64,000 nucleotides of DNA from the human T2T-CHM13v2.0 reference genome, Homo sapiens. A model generated the notes under the pieces. That model was given only the letters and a program-made list of their open reading frames with translations, was not told where the DNA came from and ran no database searches. The stretch lies in the NCBI RefSeq assembly GCF_009914755.1, contig NC_060930.1. One strand, given 5' to 3'. Below are positions 1 through 15,580 of the stretch, one piece after another. The position numbers were made by a program, and so were the translations under genes. Positions within the stretch are counted from its first letter, which is position 1, and each line of letters starts with the position of its first letter.

Positions 1-81
1 CTGGATCTGAAACTGAATGCTTTCTTGTAGAAGTTCAAGCTCATTGTATTTTAAGATACACTTCCGGGAGAATCAGTATAC

Positions 82-123
82 CACACACGCACACACGCGT
101 GCACACACACACACACACACACA
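82..123. repeat. (CA)n microsatellite
   Basis: cacacacgcacacacgcgtgcacacacac... read directly. Confidence 0.95.
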
Positions 124-283
124 GCTTGGTTGCTTGAGTTTGAGCCCCTCGCTATGAACTTTTATTGCTTTACTAGACACCTGAGGGGAACTCAGAAATG
201 ATATATTTTATCTTATTTTTCACATTATTGTATATTTTCTTGTGTCATAACTTACTGTGTGTGATACTTACCTCACTTGGTGG

Positions 284-1159
284 ATTGTGCTTCACTATAT
301 TTTTTTAGTATTCTTATTACTTCCTCGACTAACACCTTCTTTAATCAACTTTCTTTATAAAATTCCACTGGAATTCGCTGTGACTTGAGGGCTTTCTCAA
401 AAGTAGTTTAGGATGAGGGACACAAACCCTTGGTACCCATGGTTCCCCTCTGTGGCCCGTTAGGAACAGGACCACACAACAGAAGGTGAGGAGCAGGTGA
501 ACAAGCATTAGTGCCTGAGCTCTGCCTCCTGTCAAATCATCTGAGGCATGAGGTTCTCATAGGAATGCAAACTCTATTGTGAGCTGTGCATGTAAAGGAT
601 CTAGCTTGTGTACTCCTCATGAGAATCTAACTCCTGATGATCTGTCACTGTTTCCCATCACCCACATTTGGGACCACCTAGTTGTAGGAAAAAAAAAGCT
701 CAGGGCTCCCACTGATTCTAAAATATGTTCAGTTGTATCATTATTTCATTATATATCACAATGTAATAATAATAGAAATAAAGTGCACAATATATGTAAT
801 GTGCTTGGGTCATCCTGAAACCACCCCCTCCTCCAGTCCATGGAAAAACTGTCTTGCATGAAACCTGTCCCTGGTGCCAATAATGTTGGGAACTGCCGCT
901 TTAAGACATCTATTCAATAAAAAAAAAGTTAAAAAGCAAACCAACTTCACTTTCCTCCCTGAGTGCAATGTAGAAAAGGACATATAATATGTGCTTCATC
1001 AACTCTTTTTTTTCTATTGAGTAGATGCCCTAAAGTACTTCTGAGAAAGCCCTCAAGTCACGGTGAATTACAGTGGAATTTTATAAAGAACGTTGAGTAA
1101 ATAGAGTGTCAGTCAATGAAGTAATAAGTTAAAAATATTGAAAAATATACGGAACAATG
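284..1159. mobile_element. Palindromic TcMar MITE, DNA1_Mam-like, interrupted by MER1A
   Basis: ~290-413 plus 899-938 is the reverse complement of ~993-1159 (ttctttataaaattccactggaattcgctgtgacttgagggctttctc vs gagaaagccctcaagtcacggtgaattacagtggaattttataaagaa). The right end tatacggaacaatg resembles my recollection of the DNA1_Mam terminus. Confidence 0.75.
414..898 (+). mobile_element. MER1A (hAT-Charlie non-autonomous DNA transposon)
   Basis: Diagnostic gagaatctaa..cctgatgatctgtcactg..ctcagggctcccactgattcta..ccctggtgccaa; decayed 8-bp TSD gtttagga/ctttaaga. Confidence 0.9.
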
Positions 1160-2989
1160 AAAACAAAATGGGCATGATTGGAGATGACCAGGCCTTTAAG
1201 AGAGTAACCACAGAGAGTAGCCTGATAGGATTTCTCAGTTCTTGCTTAAGATCCACTTAATGAAGGATGCACAGGTCATTCTTGTATCATGTAGGTGTGA
1301 TTGGCAGCTGAGGAACTGGGCTTCAGAAGTCAGCACAGACCACCGCAAGAAAACCTGCGCTCAGAGCAGGATTTAGGTGGAGCTAGATGGAACCTGGTCC
1401 ATCTAGCTCCACCTATGGCTTGGAGCAGGTATTTGCCCAAACACTTGAATATTTTAAGGATTTTTCAGGTGAAGATCCTAGACGTTATGACAAAATATGG
1501 GGATGTAAGGGTGAATAGATATCCACTGTGAAGAGTAACCTATAAAGAGGTGATAAGGGATGAAGAGCTGCCTATTTATCATTAAAACTATCTTCAACCT
1601 AGATTAAATAATGAATCGATGGCCTAGAAAAAAAATCACCAACAAAGGCATAGTTCCCAATGAAAGGAGAAGAAAAAACTTGGATGAAAGAGATAAATTC
1701 TCCTACTTTCCAGCATGTGGTTAAAATTAAGCTTTTGGCTTCCTGCAGGCCTTATTTCATTCATTTATACAGCTGGGCACTTTGTTTTGGAGATGTAGAG
1801 AGGCTGCTTGAAAGACCAAGAAAGTGAGTACTTTAAAAAGCATTAAATTGGATCAGTTTAGAAAATTGTTAAATCCTAATGTGATGCCCAAATCAACTTA
1901 AATGACTCCAGGGGAGTGGTTAAAGATGTTTATTATACATTTCCAGCCCTTAGCATAAAATAAACCAGACACATCAAATGGAAGAATATCTGTGTTTCTC
2001 TATTCTTGGTTCTGTTCATATCCTATAATGAAAACTTGTGCATATGTCCAAAAAATATTCTCTTTTATAAACCATCTTCAGTTCTATTATCTTTGATTGA
2101 ATGAGATTTGTGCAATGAGCTATTCTATATTTAGAAGAGCAATCTTTTCTTCATCATATGTGGCTTTTAATGTGTCCTTAATGATATTTTCTGAATGTCG
2201 ATAGTTTTCTCATAACAAGAAAAATCTGTCTAGCCCACTGATCAAAAATATCAAAAATCTTTCTCAAACGGAGAACTGGCAGATTGAGCTGTTTGTCAAC
2301 AGCTTGTATTCCCCTTAGGTAATTTGGATTCTTTCTTTTTCTTATTTTCAGTACCTCTTTTATCAAGCCTCTTAAATTCATGCCTAGCATGTCAAATGCA
2401 CTTTAAAAACGGCTGTCTACTACTGGCTTTGGAGAACAGTAGAGGATTAGGAGAGGACAGAAAGAGTTAATTCTTTCAGTTTTCACAGTAGAATAAAGTT
2501 AATAGGCTGCCAATAACACCGGTTATAGTTGCAAAAGCTAAAGTTATAAGTAATCCTAAAGGGAAAGAGAAAAATTGTTCCTGACAAGCTGAAATTACTT
2601 TATAAAACCTCTTATGTGTTGAGAAGCCCTGAGTTGGTCAGGACATGGAGCTCGTTTCAATGTGTAACTAAGCCTGTTTATAAAGCAAATATCTTGCCCA
2701 ATATTCATTTTCCTAAAGCATGCCGTTTTTTTCTCATAAGTTACTGGGGTACAGGTGGTATATGGTTACATGAATAAGTTCTTTAGTGGTGATTTGTGAG
2801 ATTTTCATGCACCCATCACCTGAGCAGTATACACTGCATCATATTTGTAGTCTTTTATCTCTCACCTGCCTCCCACTCTTTCCCCTAAGTCTCCAAAGTC
2901 CACTGTATCATTCTTATGCCTTTGCATCCTCATAGCTTAGCTCTCACATATCAGTGAGAACATATGATATTTGGTTTTTCCATTCCTGA

Positions 2990-5900
2990 GTTATGTCACT
3001 TAGAATAGCAGTCTCCAATCTCATCCAGGTCACTGCAAATGCTGTTAATGCATTCCTTTTTCTGGCTGCATAGTATTCCATCATATATATATATACACAC
3101 ACACACATATATAAATACACATATATATGTGTGTATATTTATATGTGTGTGTGTATATATATACACACATGTGTGTGTGTGGAATACCTATATATATTCC
3201 ACATATATATATGTGGAATACCTATATATATTGCACATATATATGGTGGAATACATATATATATTCCACCATATATATATTCCACCATATATATGTGGAA
3301 TACATATATATATTCCACCATATATATGTGGAATACATATATGTATTCAACCATATATATGTGGAATACATATATGTATTCCACATATATATGGTGGAAT
3401 ACATATATATATATATATATTCAATCATATATATGTGGTGGAATACATATATATATATTCAATCATATATATGTGGTGGAATACATATATATATTCCATC
3501 ATATATATATGTGGAATACATATATATGTATTCCATCATATATATATGTGGAATACATATATATGTATTCCACATATATATATGATGGAATACATATATA
3601 TGTATTCCATCATATATATGTGAAATATCTATATATATTCCATCATATATATGATGAAATACATATATATATTTCATCATATATATGTGAAATATCTATA
3701 TATATTCCATCATATATATGTGAAATACATATATATATTTCATCATATATATACATATATATAAATATATATATACCTCCCCATATACACACACACCCCA
3801 CAGTTTCTTTATCTACTCTTTGATTGATAGACATTTGGGTTGGTTCCACAATTTTGCAATTGTGAATTGTGCTGCCACTAACATGCGTGTGCAAGTACCT
3901 TTGTCAGGTGTACAGATCGTGAAGATTTTCTCCCACTCTGTAGGTTGTCTGTTTACTCTGTTGACTGTTCCTTTTGCTGTGCAAAAGCTCTTTAGTTTAA
4001 TTATGTCCCAGCTATTTATCTTTGTTTTTATTGCATTTGCTTTGGGGTTCTTGGTCATGAAATCCTTGCCTAAGCCAATGTCTAGAAGGATTTTTCCAAT
4101 GTTATCTTCTAGAATTTTTGTAGTTTCAGATCTTAGGTTTAAGGTGTTAATCCATCTTGAGTTGATTTTTGTATAAGGTGAGAGATGAAGATCCAGTTTC
4201 ATTCTCCTACATACAGCTAGCCAATTATCCCAGCACCATTTGTTGATAAGGGTGTCCTTTCCCCACTTTATGTTTTTGTTTGCTTTGTCGAAGATCAGTT
4301 GGTTGTAAGTATTTGGGTTTATTTCCGGGTTCTCTATTCTGTTCCATTGGTCTATGTGCCTATTTTTATACCGGTACCATGCTGTTTTGGTGACTATGGC
4401 CTTATAGTATAGTTTGAAATCAGGTAGTGTGATGCCTCCGGATTTGCTCTTTTTGATTAATCTTTCTTTGGCTATGTGGGCTCTTTTTTGGTTCCATATG
4501 AATGTTAGAATTGTTTTTTCTAATTCTGTGAAGAATGATCATGGTACTCTGTTGAGAATTGCTTTGAATTTGTATAATGCTTTTGCCAGTATGGTCATTT
4601 TCACAATATTGATTCTACCCATCCAGGAGCATGGGATGTGTTTCCATTTGTGTCATCTATGATTTCTTTCAGCAGTGATTTTTTAGTTTTTCTTGTAGTG
4701 GTCCTTTGACTCCTTTGTTAGGTATATTCGTAAGTTTTTTTTTTTTTTTTTTTGCAGCTATTGTAAAAGGGATTGAATTCTTGTTTTGATTCTCTGCTTG
4801 GTCGTTGTTGGTGTATAGAAGAGCTACTGATTTGTGTACATTAATCTTATATCTGGAGACTTCACTGAATTCTTTTATCAGTTCTAGGAGCTTTCTAGGG
4901 GAGTCCTTAGGGTTTTCAAGGTAAACCACTGTTTACTGAAAGCAACAGTGACAGTTTTACTTCCTCTTTGCTGATTTGGATGCCCTTTATTTATTTCTCT
5001 TGTCTGATTGCTCTGGCTAGGACTTCCAGTACTATGCTGAAGAGGAATGGTGAGAGTGGGCATCTTTGCCTTGTTCCAGTTCTCAGAGAGAATACTTTCA
5101 ACTTTTCCCTGTTCAGTATTATGTTGGCTGTTGGTTTGTCACAAATGGATTTTATTATATTAAGGTATGTCTCTTTTATGCCTATTTTGCTGAGAGTTTT
5201 AATCATAAAGGGATGCTGGATTTTGTCAAATGCTTTTTCTGCATCTATAGAGGTGATCATGTGATTTTTGCTTTTAATTTTATGTGGTGTATCGCATTTA
5301 TTGGCTTGCGTATGTTCAACCATCCCTACATCCCTTGTACGAAACCCAGTTGGTCATGGTGGATTATCTTTTTGATATGTTGTTGTCATTGGTTAGCTAG
5401 TATTTTGTTAAGGATTTTAGCATCTATGTTAATCAAAGATACAAGTCTTTAGTTTTATTTTTTGGTTGGGTCCTTTCCTGGTTTTGGTATTAGGGTGATG
5501 CTGGCTTCATAGAATGAATTAGCAAGGGTTTCTTCTTTCTCTATCTGTGGAATAGTGTCAAAAGGATGAGTACCAATTCTTCCCTGAATGTCTGGTAGAA
5601 TTCTGCTGTGAATCTGCTTGGTCCTGGACTTTTTTTCATTGGTAATTTTTAAGTACAATTTCAATCTTGCTGCTTGTTATTGGTTTGTTCAGGGTATCTA
5701 ATATTTCCTGATTTAAACTGGGAGGGTTGTATCTTTCCAGGAATTTGTCCATCTCTTCTAGGTTTTCTAGTTTATGTGCATAAAGGTGTTCACAGTAGCC
5801 TTGAATGATCTTTTGTATTTCAGTGGTGTCTGTTGTAATATCTCCTGTTTCATTTCTTAGTGAGGCTATTTGGATTTTTCTCTCCTATTTTTCTTGCTTA

Positions 5901-7017
5901 ATCTTGCTAATGGTCTATCAATTTTATTTATCTTTTCAAAGAACCAGCTTTTTTTCATTTATCTTTTGTATTTTTTGTTTCAATTTCATTTTGTTCTGCT
6001 CTGATCTTGGTTATTTCCTTTTTTCTGCTGGGTTTGGGTTTGATTTGTTCTTGTTTCTCTAATTCCTTCAGGTGTGACCTTAGATTGTCTGTCTGTGCTC
6101 TTTCAGACTTTTTGATGTAGGCGCTTAGGGCTATGAACTTTCCTGTTAGCACTGCCTTTGCTGTATCCCAGAGGTTTTGATAGGTTGTCATTTAGTTTGG
6201 AGAATTTTTAAATTTCCATCTTGATTTCATTTTTGACTCAATGCTCATTCAGGAGCAGGTGTTTTAACTTCCATGTATTTGCATGGTTTCAAAGATTCCT
6301 TTTGGAGTTATTTCCAGTTTTATTCCACTGTGGTCTGAGAGAGTGCTTGATACAATTTCAATTTTCTTAAATTTATTGAGGCTCATTTTATGGCTATCAT
6401 ATTGTCTATCTTGGAGAAAGTTCCATGCGCTGTTGAATAGAATGTGTATTCTGTGGTTGTTGGATGAAATGTTCTGTATATATCTGTTAGGTCCATTTGT
6501 TCCAAGGTATAGTTTCAATCCATTGTTTCTTTGTTGACTTTCTGTCTTGATGACCTGTCTAGTGCTGTCAGTGGAGTATTGAAGTCCCCCACTATTATTG
6601 TGTTGCTGCCTATCTCATTTCTTAGGTCTATTAGTAATTGTTTAAAAATTTGGGAGCTCTAGTGTTAGGTGGATATATGTTTAGAATTGTGATATTTTCC
6701 TGTTGGACAAGACCTGTTAGCATTATATACTGTCCCTCTTTGTCTCTTTTAACCTCTATTGTTTTAAAGTTTGTTTTGTCTGATATAAGAATAGCTACCC
6801 CTGCTCACTTCTGGTGTCCATTTGCATGAAATGCCTTTATCCACCCCTTTACTTTAAGTTTATGTGAGTTCTTGTGTGTTAGGTGGGTCTCCTGAAGGCA
6901 GCAGATAGTTGATTGGTGAGTTGTTACCCATTCTGCGGTTCTGTATCTTTTAAGTGGAGCATTTAGGCCATTTACATTCAATGTTAGCATTGAAATGTGA
7001 GGTACCATTACTTTCAT
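2990..7017 (-). pseudogene. Disrupted L1 ORF2 (endonuclease/reverse transcriptase)
   Basis: ORF2 start at 7017 (MKVMVPHISMLTLNVNGL); broken into several frameshifted pieces (6805-7017, 5955-6191, 4991-5323, 4669-4929, 3813-4202); 3' boundary approximate. Confidence 0.85.
3083..3800. repeat. Palindromic AT-rich minisatellite (~30-nt units gtggaatacatatatatattccac..) inside the L1
   Basis: Alternating gtggaata/tattccac motifs separated by (TA)n; contains a perfect 46-bp palindrome at 3350-3395. Confidence 0.95.
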
Positions 7018-9149
7018 CGTGCTCTTTGTTGCTTGTGCACTTTTGTGGGGTTTTTTTGTTGTTGTTGTTGTTTCTTTTTTTTTTCTTTTTGCCTTGTATT
7101 TTTGTTTTATAGGTCCTGTGTGATTTATGCTTTAAAGAGGTTCTGTTTTAATGTGTTTCCAGGACTTGTTTCAAGATTCAGAGCTCCTTTTAGCAGTTAT
7201 CGTAGTGCCCTTTAACCCAATATTTTTGTTTCTTTTTATTGTTGGCATGGAGACTAAGAAGCACTCTGCTAGACTGATAAATGCATGGTTACATCAACAT
7301 AACATTTTCAGTCGAGTTCCCAGGAGCCTTCCTCCTGAATCTGTCATTTTGATTCAGATAACTAAATCAGGCTAAGCACAGCAATGATAACGGATGACTT
7401 GCCTCATTAGCGGGCTCCCACTGCTTTATGCTGCCAGGAAGCTCTACAGTGACTGCCTAGGATCTTGGGAGAGATCACTGCTTTTTGAAATTATTTTCGT
7501 GCATATTTCTTGTAATTCTCATCTTGCATTTTGACAGTAATTTTGTAGGATGATATATGTACCAAATCCATATGCCTAGATTGTCGTTCTCTAACTCTGT
7601 GATGTGTGATTGGTTTTATGAAGACTGAGACAATGACCAGCTTAATCTAGGAGACTATTAAAAAATGTTCTGCAAATTTTTCTCTTTCTAATGCTGCATT
7701 TCTGGTATCATTTTAATTAATGGTGTTAGAAATACTGAGATGATCTCCCTTCCTGTATGAAAGCAGATTCTATGGTAAATGCTGTTCCAGTTCCAAAATG
7801 ATACTTTACTTGGATCTCAGGACTCATTGAGCTTTAATATGTAAAATAATATCTTTTTTTTTTTTTAAAAAAAGGAACTAATTATTTGTAGAAATTTTGA
7901 CGTGGAAGAGAGACTAAGCAAGCAAAAAACAAAGGATCTCATTTAGTCATCACAATCTGAATTTGAGATTCATAAAATTAGACACAATTATGCATGTGCC
8001 TGAAAGCTGCCTGTATAAAGAAAAGAATGGGAATACACAATTGGAAGCAAAAGAAGCTGCAATTAGACCATGATCAATGCTCTAGGCTGAGAGAATATGA
8101 ACAAATTAAAAGGGGCTGCTCCAAATCAAACATTATTTTAGCAATATTTTGACGTTTTAATATCAATCTAACTATAACTAAAAAGCTAATCTTTAAAATT
8201 AGGACGATTATAGCAACATTTACATTTCCAAGTATTTGGTGATATCTTTCTCTTGACTGACCTTCTCTACAAACATGCCCCAAATGATCTCTGATTTCGA
8301 TTTTAAGCACCCCCACAACTATTAGACAGTTTTGCACATGTTTCATGAATATACATTCTCATTTCAATGGATGAAAGTCTACAATGGGGTTATATGAATA
8401 CACCTGCCCAAATAATAGATCAAATTGTATTTAGTCACTCTTCTAAATAGAACGGATGGGAAATATTTGAATAATAAGTAATTTTGTCCCTCACATCCTA
8501 AAAAGTCAATTTGGTAAGCCTATGTCCTCATGTAAGGGATAAGATTGTCTGAAAGCATTTTATTTTTAAACATTTAAAAACTCAAATTCAATAAATCTGC
8601 CATATTCTCCTAAAACATCAATACACTCCACTGACTTTCTTGTACATATTGTAGTCGATGGTCCAATATTATAATCTCTTACAAATATCCCCACATTTTT
8701 ATCAATGTTACAGGAGAAACTTATAAAAGTGGCTAGCTTCATTCTAAATAAATGGTGTCAAACTTCAAACAGATGTTAAACTACAGCCCTAAAATATCTC
8801 CCTGGAAGCTCACTTCCAGCCTCTCAAAACGCAATTTCATTTATTTATTCTCTCATCTGTGATCAACTTTTTATACACCCTTTGTCCCCACTACCAGCAC
8901 AAGAGCCATTGGTGGATGACATTATGTCATATTGAAAGGAAAACAGAAAGCATTAGGTTTTCTAGAACTTCTCTCTACAACTATCTTAGATGGAATTGTG
9001 CACATCTTGCCCTTTACCTCTTGTTATTAGGAAGTAAATTTCTTCCTAAAAGCTGTACTCTCACTTATGCTTCAGACTGGGCATTTACTCTTTGATTATC
9101 CTCATTCCTTTAGTCATTTTCAACTTGGGTCCATTTTTACTATGTCATT

Positions 9150-9745
9150 ACCTTAAAATCATATATGTTTTCAAAGATTTCTAATTGTTTCCTTCTCTTC
9201 TAGTCACTTCCTACTTCCCTTCACATCAAAATGGTCTGAATATGATTCTACTGTTATTTCAACTTATTTCTCTCTCATTATCTTCCCGAACTTTTGTCAT
9301 CTGGTTCACATCTTCACAAGGGCACTGAGTCGAATGGTCGCTTTTTAGGTTTGATAGTATTTGAACTCTCAGCACCATGCTTCACAGTTGACATCTGTCT
9401 TCATCTCCTTCTCAAAATAATCTCTCTGACTTTAGCTCATGTCAAATCATCCTGGACTTATTTCCCCCTCACTCACCGTTCTTTATCCACTTTGCCAACT
9501 CTGCATCCTCTTTGCTGACTCTAATGCTTGCAGTTTCTCTGAGATTTACCCTTAAGCTCTCTTCACTTCTTTCTTTATTTTCTGTTCCCAGGTAATCTTA
9601 TCCTTTCTCATAGCTTAATATATCTTTGTGCTGGCATCACCCACATTTATATATACAGTGGGAGACCTTCCTCTAGAGTTCCAGACATATCAAACTGCAC
9701 CCAGGAAGTCACCACTGGGAAGCTTCTAAGGAACTTAAACTTTAG
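9150..9745 (+). mobile_element. LINE-2 remnant (upstream part)
   Basis: ctctcagcacc..acagttgac..tctccttctcaaaa; ccaggtaatcttatcctttctcatagc; cctctagagttccagac resemble L2. Confidence 0.65.
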
Positions 9746-9929
9746 GTAGTAGAAACCTTTTAAATGATTTTCACTTAAGTGACATACTAAATTTCTTTAG
9801 TAATTATTAACATCATAAAACACACTAAAAGATACTCGAAACACTTCTTCCACCCTAGTTAATTGAAAACCTGTTAATGGTTAGTATCAGTGATATCTGC
9901 TCCCAAATAGGTTTGAGATTTAAGTACAC

Positions 9930-10115
9930 ACTATAAAAACATAAGAAAGAGTAATACCAAAAAGCTATCATTTAATGAAAATTAAAGTTTTGGAAATTTA
10001 AACATTTGGAAAATTTGATAAATGTGAGTTGCTAAAGTCAACTTATCTAATGACATGAATTATGAAGAAGAAAATGATTAAGAGAAAAAAACTACAAATA
10101 TCTAGAAGGATTTAG
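9930..10115 (+). mobile_element. Possible old Tigger transposase N-terminal remnant
   Basis: ttggaaaatttgataaatgtgagttgctaaag..tctagaaggatt resembles decayed Tigger HTH coding sequence; weak. Confidence 0.3.
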
Positions 10116-10161
10116 AATTAAGTTGTATTTTCTAGGATTTTTATTTTTATTCGGATGTATG

Positions 10162-10274
10162 CTGCACTCTAGCCTGGGCAACAGCAAGAATCTGTCTCTA
10201 AAATACTCTCATTCTCTCTCTCTCTCTTTCTCTCTCTCGTCTCTCTCTCTCTGTCTCTGTGTGTGTGTGTGTGT
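10162..10274 (+). repeat. ~40-bp Alu 3' fragment followed by (CT)n(GT)n
   Basis: tgcactctagcctgggcaacagcaagaatctgtctctaaa, then tctctc..gtgtgt. Confidence 0.75.
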
Positions 10275-11060
10275 ATACTACATTATTTTTATTCAATTAT
10301 ATATTATTTATATACTTTATAATAGAAAATTTGTTATGGGTGTAGTTTATGGAAGAAAGAAAATAGAAATTTTATCGGGCTCTACTTTTAACAATGGACA
10401 TATTTTTTGCATATTTCTATGTTTAAGTCAAAATATATGTTTAGGTGCATATTGCAATGACATTTTTAATGGAATGAATTTAATAAGTACAGACAGAAGA
10501 AATTTTATTTTTATCTAATTAAATGTGCTTTGGGAATTTCTTTTCTCAAGATCTTGCCAATATCAGGTGCAGATCCCATGGAATTTGTGTTCTAATAAGT
10601 CTAGTGTGGTCTAATTTTAAAACACCAATATTATATCCAATTTAAATATTCTTTTTTTTTTTTTTTTTTTTTCAGAAAAATCCCGAACCTTAGTTGGAAA
10701 CCTCGTTGGGAAAAGGGGGTATGGTCTATTCTTTCAATCTGTTTCACCTTTTTTTTTTCTCCTACAACTGGCCCCTCAATGATCACAATTGAGGGGAGGA
10801 ACAGATAGGAGTAAAAGGAGTTTTCTTAGATTATATTTTTGTAATCTTGTTTATTGCCCTGTGTGTGGTAAGCCCTCACCTTTTAGTTCTCAGAAATTAT
10901 AAGCCAGAATTACTATGGAAGACCTCTGCAAGGATGCTTCCCTCCAGCGTTATCTGCTGTTCGTGATGCAACACCTGACTAAACTAATTTATCTCATGAT
11001 ATACCCACTGCAACTTCTTGCTGGAATCCCCTTATTTCAACAAGATGGCACTTCTCTTTG

Positions 11061-11154
11061 TAGATAGATAGATAGACAGACAGATAGATAGATGATGGAT
11101 AGATAGATGATAGATAGATGATAGATAGAAAATAGATAGACAGACAGACAGATA
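11061..11154. repeat. (GATA)n/(GACA)n tetranucleotide repeat
   Basis: Read directly. Confidence 0.95.
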
Positions 11155-11164
11155 AATTTAGCAC

Positions 11165-11460
11165 AAAAATTCTGGTCAGGTATTTTATAAAATGTTCCTC
11201 AGTTTTAGTTTGTCAGATGTTTTTCTTATGATTCAACTGGAAATATGGGTTTTGGAAAGGAGACCACAGAGGTGAAATGCAATTTATATCACATCATAAC
11301 AATGATACACAATATCAACATGACTGATCATTGATGATGCCGAGGCAGTATTTGTTAAGTTTCTCCTTTGTAAAGTTACTCTTTTATTTTCCACTCTATT
11401 TCCATAATGTATTTTTTTGGAAGGAAGTCATTATGTGCAGCCTACATTTAAGGAGTAGGG
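11165..11460 (-). mobile_element. Old L1 (L1MB/L1MC-class) 3' UTR fragment, copy 1
   Basis: ctggtcaggtatttt..tttgtcagatgttttt..ggaaggaagtcattatgtgcagcc. Confidence 0.7.
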
Positions 11461-11759
11461 ATACAAATATAGAAATGTATGCAAAAATATGCAGCTCAAT
11501 GATTTACTACAAAGGAAGTATTTTGTTACCACCACCCAGGTAAAAAAATGAAAATTGCCAGCATCCAAAAAGCCCACTTCATTTCATCCTCCAATTGCTA
11601 TCTGTTCCTTTTTCACAAGGTAATTATTAACCTGACTTTAAGAAAAATCACTTTCTGCTTTGCTTTGTATTTTACCGTTCAAGCATGTATATCTAAACAC
11701 TATAGTTTGGTTTTGACTGCTTTTTTTGAATCATAAATTATACATCTTAGTAAGCTTGT

Positions 11760-13015
<1,256 letters not shown>

Positions 13016-13128
13016 TTAACATTATGAATTTATTTTATGTCTGGCTTCTTCTCTGTTCAGCATTATATTTGTGAGACTCATCGACTTTGTTGTGCTTAGC
13101 TGCAGTTTGTGTATTTTTGGCTCTGTAG

Positions 13129-13256
13129 TAGGGATCAGCAATCTACTTACTTTGGGCCACTTCTGGCTCATTCGTGTTTTATAAATAATGTCACACACAT
13201 TTATTTATATTGTCTATGGTTGCTTTCACACTGCAAGAAGAGAGTTGAGTATTGCT
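13129..13256 (+). mobile_element. MER58A fragment (hAT-Charlie)
   Basis: agggatcagcaa..tattgtctatggttgctttcacactgcaa..agagttgagta. Confidence 0.7.
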
Positions 13257-14146
13257 ATCACTCAACAATTGGGTTATATCCAGTTTGGGTTCTTATAAAT
13301 TGCACTGCTTCAGATATTATTGGACATATTTTTTTGGTACATGCAAATTTGCATTTTACTTAGGTAAAGGCCTGTGGATGGAGATTCCTGGGACATAAAA
13401 TACTCTGACTTTCAGCTTCAGTTGGTACTTCCAAAAAAATGACCAAATTTATTCACTTATTTATTTTTATTTTTTCTTCAACTTACATTTTAAGTTCTGG
13501 GGTACACGTGCAGGATGTGCAGGTTTGTTACATAGGTAAACATGTGCCATGTTGGTTTGCTGCACAGATCAACCCATCACCTATGTATTAAGTCCAGCAT
13601 CCATTAGCTATTTTTCTCGAAGCTCTCCCTCCCCCATCCCATCCCCCTGACAGGCCCCAGTGTGTGTTGTTCCCCACCATGTGTCCATGTGTTCTCATCA
13701 TTCGGTGCCCACATGCTGTGTTTAATTTTATGTTCCTGCATTAGTTTGCTGAAGATTACGGCTTCCAGATCCATCCATGTCCCTGCAAAGAACAGGATCT
13801 CATTCTGTTTTATGGCTGCATAGTCTTCCATGGTATTTATGTGCCACATTTTTGTTTTTCAGTCTATCATTGATGGGCATTTGGGTTGATTCCATGTCTT
13901 TGCTGTTGTGAATAGTGTTCCGATGAACATGTACATGCGTGTATCTTTATAAAAGAATAATTTATATTCTTTAGGGTATATATCCAGTAATAAGATTGCT
14001 GGATCAAATGGTATTTCTGCTTCTAGATATTTGAGGAATTGCCACACTGTCTTCCACACTTGAACTAATTTACACTCTCACCAACTGTGTAAAAGTGGTA
14101 ATTTTTCTCCACAACCTTACCAGCATCTGTTGTTTCTTGACTTTTT

Positions 14147-15580
<1,434 letters not shown>

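Larger units (their letters stand above)
2726..7207 (-). mobile_element. L1PB1-like LINE-1, 5'-truncated (3' UTR, ORF2, end of ORF1)
   Basis: 3' end tttctcataagttactggggtacaggtggta..; ORF track fragments match L1 ORF2p EN (TLNVNGLNAPLKR, CCLQETHL) and RT ([23 protein letters not shown]). Confidence 0.92.

Noticed and set aside
3170-3760. CRISPR-like array of palindromic ~30-nt repeats
   Set aside because: No unique spacers (only TA runs), no cas genes, and it lies inside a primate L1.
3039-3894. ORFs up to 230 aa rich in Y/I/H/M
   Set aside because: Translation of the TA-rich minisatellite; not protein-like.
3813-7017. Active reverse transcriptase system
   Set aside because: L1 ORF2 is fragmented, internally deleted and lacks the 5' UTR and most of ORF1.
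2700-7230. TSD for the L1PB1
   Set aside because: Only weak similarity (tgcc.ttt; cccaatatt) at the two ends; not convincing.
10772-10796. 9-bp stem cccctcaat/attgagggg
   Set aside because: Short enough to arise by chance in 64 kb; terminator logic does not apply to primate DNA.
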